From positions 1 through 34,079 of the forward strand of contig CALVRY010000001.1 in the NCBI GenBank assembly GCA_944358755.1: 34,079 nt of DNA. Reading direction: 5' to 3'. Both the position numbers and the translations under genes were made by a program. The stretch comes from an uncultured Bacilli bacterium. Lineage in GTDB: Bacteria > Bacillota_I > Bacilli_A > RFN20 > CAG-826. Below, piece after piece: positions 26,151-34,079 of this stretch. Position 1 is the stretch's first letter. Every line of letters starts with the position of its first letter. The notes under the pieces are model-generated. The model worked only from the letters and a program-made list of their open reading frames with translations. It had not been told where the DNA came from and searched no databases.

Positions 26151-26583
26151 TTAAACATTTATCCAATATAGCGTTTACAAATTTATAATCTTTTTCGCCA
26201 CCATCACCAAATTTTTTTGCAAATTTGACGGCATTATTAATAATTACAGCTTTATCTGTATCTAAATCATCAAGAAAATATTCAACAACTGAAGTTATTA
26301 AAATCGCTTGAATGGTTGTATTTAATCTAGTAAAAGTCCAATTTTTCAAAAATTGTGATACATAATCAACAACTTTTTGTTTATTTTTAAGCGATTTGAT
26401 TAAAACTTCTTTTAAATATAAATCACAATCTGCATAAGGCAGTTTACATGCATCCTCAACCGATTCTTCAAAATTAATTGGGATATTTGTTTGTTCCAAA
26501 ATTAAGAAAGAATACATAAGTTGAACGATGAGTTCTTGAACTTTACTTCTACTAACTTCGTTTAAAATCTCGTTTTCCATCAT
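26119..26583 (-). CDS. nusB: transcription antitermination factor NusB
   Basis: 154 aa, all-helical NusB pattern. It sits in the Bacillus-like asp23(yqhY)-nusB-xseA-xseB order. Confidence 0.8.
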   Translation of the reverse strand: MMENEILNEVSRSKVQELIVQLMYSFLILEQTNIPINFEESVEDACKLPYADCDLYLKEVLIKSLKNKQKVVDYVSQFLKNWTFTRLNTTIQAILITSVVEYFLDDLDTDKAVIINNAVKFAKKFGDGGEKDYKFVNAILDKCLNGKGNSLLLD

Positions 26584-26901
26584 TAAGCGTTCTTTTCTAC
26601 AATTTTAATATGTGTTTCAAACGGCATTGAATCACAAATAAAATTCATGGTATTTGTTAAATTATCTTCAATTTGTTCTTTAATCGCTTCTTTATTGATA
26701 TTTTTCTTGATTGCAACATTAATTTTATAAACAACAGTATTATTTCTAACACTAATTGTAACTAAAGTCGCTGAATCTTTAACAAGAATTTCAGGAATGT
26801 TTTTTAAGCATCTTTCACCAATATGTTCAAAAACTTTGGTTGAGATACCTAACTTAACATTTGCTTTTCTAAAGTTATGTAAATAAACATATTTTGTCAT
26901 A
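26583..26901 (-). CDS. Asp23/Gls24-family (YqhY-like) protein
   Basis: The ATG at 26901 (MTKYVYLHN...) lies about 11 nt after an AAGGTGG SD. The track's GTG at 26915 sits inside that SD. Family assignment rests on the position before nusB and the size. Confidence 0.65.
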
Positions 26902-26920
26902 TCTATCACCACCACCTTAA

Positions 26921-28906
26921 TTAAATCATTTTTTCGACTTCAAGTGCAATTTTATCTGCTGTAAAGCCAAATTCTTTAATTACATCTTTTGCATTAGCAC
27001 TTAAACCAAATTCATCAATTCCAAAAACGTGTTTAGCATATTTATGAAGACCATAAGGTATGCTCATTTCGATAAATGCTCTCTTTTCATATCTATTTCC
27101 AAGAACACTAAATTGATAATTTAATGGTTGAGCATCGAATAATTCAACGCAAGGCATTGAAACAACTCTAATGCTATATCCTTTATCTTCAAGTATTTTT
27201 TTAACTCCAAGAGCCAAGCTAACTTCACTTCCGCTAGCAATCAAAGTGAAATTGAGATTTGGTTTGCTTTCTTTAGAGACAATATATCCACCTTTATTTG
27301 CTGCTTCAACATTACTATTATCAAGTAAAGGTAAATCTTGACGAGAAAGTATAATTGCTGAAGGTGTTTCAAGTGAATTAAATGCAGATTTATAAGCTGC
27401 AAATACTTCTCTAGCATCTGCAGGTCTAAAAACATTTAAGTTTGGTATAGAACGAAGCATTGCGAGTTGTTCAATAGGTTGATGAGTTGGTCCGTCTTCT
27501 CCAACCGCGATTGAATCGTGGCTAAATAGATAAATATTTGGTAATTTTTCTAAAGCAGACATCCTAATTGCAGCTTTGCAATAGTCAGCAAAAACCATAA
27601 ATGAGCCAACATATGGTCTTAAACCACCATGTAATAAAATTCCATTAGCTGCACTAGACATGAAGAATTCTCTAATTCCCCAATTAATGTTTTTGCCATT
27701 TCTATTTTTAGGTGTCCAGTCAGATTCACCTTTTAATGTGGTTTTAACACTTCCTGCAACATCGGCTGATCCACCAAATGTATTAGGCAAGACTTTTGCA
27801 AATAAATTTAAGATCTCACCAGATGTATTTCTAGTTGAATTCTTTTTAAGAATTGATTCAGGGAGAGGCAAATTGTTTACATATAATGAAACATTATTTG
27901 TGCTTAAAGACATAATTTCTTTAAATAAAGATGGTTTTGTCTTTTGAAGTTTAGCCATATTACTTTGATAATTTGAATAAGCTTCTTCGCCACGAGCAAT
28001 AAATGTTTCTTTGAAATTGTCGTAAACTTTTGTAGGAATTTCAAAATCAGGGAAATCATATCCGTAGGATAATTTAGCTTTTCTTCCATCTTCAACGCCA
28101 AGTGGAGCACCATGAACTTTTGAAGTTCCTTGATTTTTCGACCCTAAACCTATAATTGTTTTAAAAATAACAACTGTAGGCGCTTTTTTATTTTTTCTAG
28201 CTAGATTGATAGCTTTTCTAACTTTTTTATAGGAATTACCTTTTGTGCAATAAACAACGTTCCAATGACAAGCTAAGAAACGATTAATGACATCTTCATC
28301 ACTTGATTGAGCTAATGGACCATCAAGAGTTACATCATTTTTATCATAAAGAAGGATTAATTTATTTAATTTATGTAAACCTGCGAAAGAAATTGCTTCT
28401 TGAGAAATGCCTTCTTCTAAGCAACCGTCGCCACAAAGACAATATGTATAGTGATTGTAAACATTTTTTCCATACATTGCTTGAAGTTTGGTTTCAGCCA
28501 TTGCCATACCAACTGCTTGAGCAATTCCTTGTCCAAGAGGCCCACTTCCAGCATCAATTCCGTCAGTTAAACCATATTCTGGATGGCCTGGAGTAATTGA
28601 ATGAAGTTGTCTAAAATTCTTTAAATCATCAAGTGTGATATTATATCCAGCTAAATGAAGAATTGTGTAATAAAGCATACTTCCATGCCCACAACTCATT
28701 ACAAATCTATCTCGATTAATCCATTTTGATTGATATGGGTTAGCAACAAGGAAATCTTTAAAGAGTGAATATACGATTGGTGCGGCACTTATACACATTC
28801 CTGGATGTCCGCTTTTTGCTTTATTGATGCCGTCAATACAGGTTGCACGAATTGCAGCGATTGATAATTCATCAATATTTTTGAAATTATTTAGTTTTTT
28901 AGCCAT
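26921..28906 (-). CDS. tkt: transketolase
   Basis: 661 aa with a GHPG motif, the ThDP-binding GDGCLEEGIS, and a conserved Pyr domain (FGIREFxM-like GIREFFMS). Confidence 0.95.
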   Translation of the reverse strand: MAKKLNNFKNIDELSIAAIRATCIDGINKAKSGHPGMCISAAPIVYSLFKDFLVANPYQSKWINRDRFVMSCGHGSMLYYTILHLAGYNITLDDLKNFRQLHSITPGHPEYGLTDGIDAGSGPLGQGIAQAVGMAMAETKLQAMYGKNVYNHYTYCLCGDGCLEEGISQEAISFAGLHKLNKLILLYDKNDVTLDGPLAQSSDEDVINRFLACHWNVVYCTKGNSYKKVRKAINLARKNKKAPTVVIFKTIIGLGSKNQGTSKVHGAPLGVEDGRKAKLSYGYDFPDFEIPTKVYDNFKETFIARGEEAYSNYQSNMAKLQKTKPSLFKEIMSLSTNNVSLYVNNLPLPESILKKNSTRNTSGEILNLFAKVLPNTFGGSADVAGSVKTTLKGESDWTPKNRNGKNINWGIREFFMSSAANGILLHGGLRPYVGSFMVFADYCKAAIRMSALEKLPNIYLFSHDSIAVGEDGPTHQPIEQLAMLRSIPNLNVFRPADAREVFAAYKSAFNSLETPSAIILSRQDLPLLDNSNVEAANKGGYIVSKESKPNLNFTLIASGSEVSLALGVKKILEDKGYSIRVVSMPCVELFDAQPLNYQFSVLGNRYEKRAFIEMSIPYGLHKYAKHVFGIDEFGLSANAKDVIKEFGFTADKIALEVEKMI

Positions 28907-30665
28907 TATCCTTCTCCTTTATAACTTCAATTCCTAATTTATCTAATTGCTCTTTATCAACTTCATAAGGAGCATTGGAAACTGGATCAACTGCAGCTAA
29001 ATTTTTAGGGAAGGCAATAACATCACGAATATTATCTGTTCCACTCAAAATCATCGCTAGTCTATCTAAACCACAAGCAAATCCACCATGTGGAGGTGTG
29101 CCATATTTTAATGATTCAACGAAGAAACCAAATTTTTTATTGATATCTTCTTGAGTAAATCCAAGGACTTTAAATATCATTTCTTGAACTTTTTGGTCGT
29201 AAATTCTTAAAGAACCACCGCCAGCTTCATATCCATTAATGACAATATCATAAGCATAGCTATAAACGTTATATGGTTCGGTGAACAATTTATCTATATC
29301 TTCATCACATGGTCTTGTGAATGGATGGTGACAAGGTGTAATTTCGCCTGTTTCTTCGCTCTTTTCGAATAAAGGGAAATGTACAACCCAGAGCAAATCA
29401 TAAGTATTTGGTTTAATTAAACCTAATTCTTTAGCAAGTGTACTACGGACAGCACCTAAGCCGAAGTTAATATCTCTTAAAATATTACCGGTTGCAATAA
29501 TAAGTGCGTCGCCTTCATTAACTTCCATTGCTTTTTTTAGTTCTTCTTGAAGTTCAGGAGAAATAAATTTAGCAATACTTCCTTCAAATGCACCATTTTC
29601 ATATTTAAGGTATGCAAATTGTTTCATATTAAATTTTGGTGCAATTAAGTTGATAGTATCTTGTCTCTTTCTGCTTAAATCTTTAGCAAAATTTTCTACC
29701 TTGATCGCCTTAATATATTTGTTATCTTGATATAATTTGAATTCAGATCTACTAAGAATGTACTTAATATCTACTAGAAACATACTAAAACGTGTGTCTG
29801 GCTTATCAGAACCATATTTATTTACTGCTTCAAGATAATCCATTCTTCTTAAAGGTAATTTAACATCAAAATCGATAACATCTTTGAAAATTTTAGCGAT
29901 AAGTCCTTCTCCTAAAGATAAAATTTCATCTTGATTTAAAAAGCTTGTCTCAACATCGATTTGTGTAAAATCAGGTTGTCTATCTGCTCTTAAATCTTCA
30001 TCTCTGAAACATCTAGCGATTTGATAATATCTTTCAAATCCTGCAACCATAAGCATCTGTTTATAAAGTTGAGGAGATTGAGGTAATGCATAAAAAGAAC
30101 CTTTATGCACTCTACTTGGTACTAAATAATCTCTCGCGCCTTCTGGAGTTGATGGAGAAAGATAAGGTGTTTCAATTTCAATAAAATCATGCGAATCAAG
30201 ATATTCATGAGTAGCTTTAACGATTTTTGCTCTAATTTTAAAGCGGCGTTGCATACAGTTTCTTCTTAAATCAAGATATCTATATTTAAGACGAATATCT
30301 TCATTAGCATCAGTTACTTCTTGAGTTGAAATTGGAGGTTGCATTGCAGTATTAATTACTTTAATTTCACTTGCTAAAACCTCAACTTCTCCAGTTGCTA
30401 AATTTTTATTTGAAACATCTTTTTTACTAACAATCCCTTTAACTTGAAGAACATATTCGTTTCTAATATCAGGAAGCTTGATTTCATCAGTTTTTACGCA
30501 AATTTGAACATAACCTTCTCTATCTCTTAAATCGATAAAAAGAAGACTTCCTAAATTACGCTTTTTAGAAACCCAACCTAATAAAGAAACTTCTCTACCT
30601 ACATCTTTAAGACGTAAAGTTCCACAATAATCAGTTCTAACGAACTTTTCTTCAACGTTTTCCAT
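28899..30665 (-). CDS. aspS: aspartate--tRNA ligase
   Basis: I prefer the start at ATG 30665 (MENVEEKFVRTDYCGTLR). It gives 588 aa and leaves a 20-nt spacer after hisS. Class II motifs are present (FRDEDLRADRQPDFTQ, GGFACGLDR). Confidence 0.9.
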   Translation of the reverse strand: MENVEEKFVRTDYCGTLRLKDVGREVSLLGWVSKKRNLGSLLFIDLRDREGYVQICVKTDEIKLPDIRNEYVLQVKGIVSKKDVSNKNLATGEVEVLASEIKVINTAMQPPISTQEVTDANEDIRLKYRYLDLRRNCMQRRFKIRAKIVKATHEYLDSHDFIEIETPYLSPSTPEGARDYLVPSRVHKGSFYALPQSPQLYKQMLMVAGFERYYQIARCFRDEDLRADRQPDFTQIDVETSFLNQDEILSLGEGLIAKIFKDVIDFDVKLPLRRMDYLEAVNKYGSDKPDTRFSMFLVDIKYILSRSEFKLYQDNKYIKAIKVENFAKDLSRKRQDTINLIAPKFNMKQFAYLKYENGAFEGSIAKFISPELQEELKKAMEVNEGDALIIATGNILRDINFGLGAVRSTLAKELGLIKPNTYDLLWVVHFPLFEKSEETGEITPCHHPFTRPCDEDIDKLFTEPYNVYSYAYDIVINGYEAGGGSLRIYDQKVQEMIFKVLGFTQEDINKKFGFFVESLKYGTPPHGGFACGLDRLAMILSGTDNIRDVIAFPKNLAAVDPVSNAPYEVDKEQLDKLGIEVIKEKDNG

Positions 30666-30685
30666 ATATTTCATACCCCATTTCA

Positions 30686-32074
30686 TTAAGCTTTTTTGCA
30701 GCAACCATCATGATGATGACAGCAATGACCTTCTTCATGATCATGTTTGCATTCACAATCATCGCCTTCACAACATTCACATTCGTGGTGGTGATGTTCG
30801 CTCTCGCTATTAAAATATTTCCCTAAAAAATCATCTAAATCATCTAATTTGACACTAACTTGCTCTTTAGTATCTAATTTTTTAACAGTTACTGTTTCAT
30901 TAAGAATTTCATCATCTCCAATAATAAAGGCTAATTTTGAATTTCTTCTCTCGGCCTTTTTAAACATTTGACCCATTCCTTTTTGTTCGTAACAAACTTC
31001 ACAAGAATAGAATGCTTTTCTTAGTTGGAAAGCAAGTCCTACTGCAAAATCTCTTGCTTTATCACCCATTGGCATAATAAAGATGTCAGTTGTATTATCT
31101 AAATTAGGGAAAAGATTGTCATCTTCCATAACTTTTGCAAGTCTTTCAATACCAAATGCAAATCCAACACCTTCTAAATCAGGTCCACCAATTTCTTTAA
31201 TAAGATTTCCATAGTGGCCACCAGCGCCAATTGCGCCATAATTATTTCCGTTTTGTGAAGTATAATGGAATTCGAATACAACTCCAGTGTAATAATCAAG
31301 GCCTCTAACTAATTCTTGATCAACTTCAAACGGAATTTCTAATTTCGTTAAGTATTCTTTAACTTTTTCAAATCTTTCTTTAGCAGCATCAGTTAAATAA
31401 TCTTGAATTTTAGGAGCTCCATCAATAATTGGCCTATCAGCCGGATCTTTACAATCAAGAATACGAAGAATGTTTAATTTATAACGTTCTTGGCAATCAG
31501 AACACATATTTTCGATATGTTTTCCAAAATATTCTTTTAAAGCAGTTTTATAATTTTCTCTACTTTGTTCATCACCAAGTGTGTTAATTAAAAGTTTAAC
31601 TTTACCAAAATTAAGATATTTAAGCATTGTATATCCAAGAGCAATAACTTCAACATCTCGTTCAACAGTTGTTACACCTGTACATTCGATACCAAATTGA
31701 TTAAATTGTCTATATCTTCCTTGTTGTGGTCTTTCATAACGGAAGTTTGGTCCACAATAAAAAGCTTTAACAGGATAATCTTGAATAGCAAAAAGTTTTG
31801 CATTAACCATGCTTCTAATAATTCCTGCTGTCATTTCAGGTCTTAAAGTTATATTTCTTCCACCTTTATCTTCAAAAGTATACATTTCTTTTCTAACAAT
31901 ATCGCTACTATCGCCAACCGAACGTGTGAACAAATCACTGCTTTCAATTACAGGAGTTCTGAATTCTTGATAACCATAAATAACAGCGATATTTGTCATA
32001 ACTTCTTCGATATAAGAGTACTTCTTTGCTTCTTCTTTTATGACATCGTGTGTTCCTTTTACAACATTAAACAT
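30686..32074 (-). CDS. hisS: histidine--tRNA ligase with a C-terminal Cys/His-rich extension
   Basis: 462 aa with a canonical HisRS core (KGTHD, RPEMT, FRYERPQQGRYRQF, GGRYD-like GAGGHYGN). A 41-aa tail follows: NSESEHHHHECECCEGDDCECKHDHEEGHCCHHHDGCCKKA. Confidence 0.9.
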   Translation of the reverse strand: MFNVVKGTHDVIKEEAKKYSYIEEVMTNIAVIYGYQEFRTPVIESSDLFTRSVGDSSDIVRKEMYTFEDKGGRNITLRPEMTAGIIRSMVNAKLFAIQDYPVKAFYCGPNFRYERPQQGRYRQFNQFGIECTGVTTVERDVEVIALGYTMLKYLNFGKVKLLINTLGDEQSRENYKTALKEYFGKHIENMCSDCQERYKLNILRILDCKDPADRPIIDGAPKIQDYLTDAAKERFEKVKEYLTKLEIPFEVDQELVRGLDYYTGVVFEFHYTSQNGNNYGAIGAGGHYGNLIKEIGGPDLEGVGFAFGIERLAKVMEDDNLFPNLDNTTDIFIMPMGDKARDFAVGLAFQLRKAFYSCEVCYEQKGMGQMFKKAERRNSKLAFIIGDDEILNETVTVKKLDTKEQVSVKLDDLDDFLGKYFNSESEHHHHECECCEGDDCECKHDHEEGHCCHHHDGCCKKA

Positions 32075-32097
32075 ATTAAAAACCTCAATTCCTAATA

Positions 32098-32127
32098 ATT
32101 ATAAATAATTATTAACCCTTCTATCAA
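32098..32127 (-). promoter_or_regulatory. candidate sigma-A promoter for hisS-aspS
   Basis: The minus strand reads TTGATA-N18-TATAAT. A GAGG SD (32083-32086) lies downstream. Confidence 0.35.
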
Positions 32128-32137
32128 GTTAATAGCA

Positions 32138-34079
32138 CTAATGAATAACTCTTTTTACTTCGTAAATATCTTTTGTGCTAGTTAAAATACTTTCGACGTG
32201 ATTTAAAACGTTGGCATCACTAACATAAATTTGAGCATAAACGCTTGTTCTATTGGTATCTGGATGCATTTTAGCTGTCATTTCAGTACATTTAATCTTA
32301 TTTGAATTAAAGATATTTAAAATATCCGCAACTAAATTTTGACGATCTATACATTCGATAACAATATCAACTGGATATGATTTAATACCTAGATTTTCTT
32401 TCCAATGAACAGGAATTAATCTGTTTCTTAATCCTGTTACATTAGGGCAATTAATTCTATGAACTGTTATACCATTACCTTTTGTAACATAACCTACAAT
32501 GTTATCCCCTGGAATTGGCGTACAGCAATTTCCTAAGGTAATTTTAAAGCCAGTTTGACCATCAACAGTGACTGGGCAATTGTCGTCATCAAAGTTTTCT
32601 TTCTTAAAAAGTTTATTAAAATTATCGTCTTTCCTTTTAATTCCTAAAAAGTCTGCAATTTGACTTGGGTTAGGATTATGAGCACAAATTTGAATGAATA
32701 AGTCCTCAATAGTAGAAGATTGGTAGTTTTTTAGTACTTTTTCAGTATTTAATAAGTTCATCATTTCTCTTTCGTCGATACCTCTATCTTTGAAAAAGTC
32801 CTCTGCTATTTGTTTTCCTTGTCTAATTTTATCGTCTCTTAAATAGAGAGCGTTCTTCTTTTGTAAGAACTTTTTAATGTGACTTTTAGCACTATTTGTT
32901 TTAACAATATTTAACCAGTTTTCGTTTGGACCAGGTGATGTTTTTGAAGTTCTAATTTCGACGATATCACCTGTTTTTAAGACTGTATTTAATGGAACAA
33001 GATTTCCGTTAACCATTGCTCCTATTGCAGAATCACCAACTTTAGTATGAATTTTATAAGCTAAATCTAATGGGGTCGAACCATTTGGCAAATCGATGAC
33101 TTTTCCTTTTGGAGTAAAGACATAAACATTCGCTTCAAAAATATCTTTACTTAAAGATTCCATATATTCAGTCGCACTCTTATTTTGAGTTTCGCTATTT
33201 ATATGTAAGAAATCACGGAACCAATGAAGTTTTTCTTCAATTTCATGTTGCTCTTGTTTTGGACTATAATGACTTCCTTCTTTATATCTCCAGTGAGCTG
33301 CAACACCAGTTTCAGCAATTTCATCCATCTCTTTAGTACGAATTTGAACCTCAAAGATATTTCCATCACCTGCAATAATCGATGTATGTAAAGATTGATA
33401 CATATTTGGTTTAGGCATTGCGATATAATCCTTAAATCTACCAGGAATAGGTTTAAAATGTGCGTGAATCAAGCCTAAAATTTCGTAACAATTTAATTCT
33501 GTTTCGGTAATAATTCTTAAAGCTAAAAAGTCATAAATTTCATCAAATGTATGGCCTTTTAAATACATTTTCTTATAAATTGAGTAAATTGACTTAATAC
33601 GAGACTCAATTTCAAATTTTATATTTTGTTCAATTAAAATATCAGCTATTTTTTTCTTTAAATTGTTTAACGCTCTTGTTCTATTTTTAATTTTTTCATC
33701 AAGTTCGCGAGCTATTGCATGATATTCATCAGGTTTTTCGACTTCTAGAGATAAATCTTCGAGTTGACTTTCAACTCTATAAATACCTAAACGGTGGGCA
33801 ATTGGAGCAAAAACTTCAAGAGTTTCTTTAGCAAGAGCATGTTGTCTTTCAGGTTTAAGCGCCTTAACTGTTCTCATATTATGAAGTCTATCAGCAAGTT
33901 TAATAATAATAACACGAACATCTTTTGCCATACCTAAAAAGATTTTTTTATGATCTTCAGCTGCAAATTCCTCTTCGGTTCTATGTGAAAGTTTCAATCT
34001 TTGAATTTTTGTCAATGCATCAACAATTCATGCGCAATCTTCTCCATATAATTTCTTAATATCATCGATTGTGGTTTCA
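32138..34079 (-). CDS. relA: RelA/SpoT-family (p)ppGpp synthetase/hydrolase, 5'-partial, with an in-frame TGA at 34028-34030
   Basis: The 625-aa ORF carries the HD-domain end (DRLHNMRT) and the synthetase, TGS and ACT regions. The same frame continues upstream of a single TGA as ETTIDDIKKLYGEDCA*IVDALTKI. That segment aligns with the B. subtilis RelA sequence ...FGSEVAMLVDGVTKL. Confidence 0.8.

Noticed and set aside
27241-28596. Track ORFs inside tkt, in alternative frames on either strand (27241-27435 -, 27660-27947 +, 27904-28113 -, 28303-28596 +). Similar embedded ORFs lie at 1198-1407, 3141-3452, 3582-3794, 6674-6913, 6983-7309, 7942-8229, 10418-10612, 15026-15301, 15383-15568, 16359-16598, 17668-17859, 19923-20153, 21718-21924, 22470-22688 and 23688-23879.
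   Set aside because: Each is fully embedded in, or antisense to, a well-supported conserved gene. Their composition is skewed or low-complexity, for example Phe/Leu-rich opposite Lys-rich tails. None has a start context.
30666-30704. aspS start at TTG 30704, overlapping hisS by 19 nt as in the ORF track
   Set aside because: The N-terminal 13 residues (MLQKSLMKWGMKY) are not AspRS-like. ATG 30665 gives the typical MxxxxxRTxYCG start with a G-rich SD-like stretch upstream.
1-34079. The whole window read with genetic code 4 (TGA = Trp), as the low GC content and Mollicutes-like genes first suggested
   Set aside because: Four ATGA stop/start junctions use TGA as the stop. Read-through of the trmK and dinB TGAs would add long extensions overlapping the next gene. 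All genes reach family-typical lengths under the standard code. Only relA has an internal TGA.
1-34079. CRISPR arrays, IS elements or transposases, prophage genes, tRNA or rRNA genes
   Set aside because: The spacers are short. I saw no repeat-spacer periodicity of 25-40 bp, no GC-rich tRNA-like segments and no transposase-like ORFs. The only recombinase is a chromosomal Xer-type enzyme.

Overview
This is an AT-rich (about 70% A+T by eye) chromosomal segment with small-genome Firmicutes/Mollicutes character. It is almost entirely housekeeping genes, arranged in Bacillus-like synteny blocks: glyS-dnaG-sigA-trmK-yqfO-ispH-cshB...ispG, parE-parC, yqeG-yqeH-yhbY-yqeK, and on the minus strand relA-hisS-aspS-tkt-asp23-nusB-xseA-xseB-dinB-xer-deoB plus ABC transporter genes. 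I found no rRNA, tRNA, CRISPR, IS or prophage sequence.

TGA behaves as a stop codon. Four ATGA stop/start overlaps occur, and about 10,900 codons carry no internal TGA. This points to a standard-code lineage (Acholeplasma-like or similar) rather than a code-4 Mycoplasma. The single exception is an in-frame TGA in the relA hydrolase domain.

The window appears to span the replication terminus. A 28-bp dif-like site (18723-18750) sits exactly where the plus-strand and minus-strand gene blocks converge.

The most unusual signal is a family of intergenic arrays of TAGTA(G) pentamers in exact 11-bp register. There are five arrays plus one half-copy. Three of the arrays share a roughly 33-bp consensus. 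The arrays bracket dif, mostly with opposed polarity.

Other oddities:
- a syntenic IspH homolog in which all three Fe-S cysteines are replaced by serine
- a HisRS with a 41-aa Cys/His-rich tail
- an orphan 183-aa gene next to dif whose SD lies inside a terminator stem
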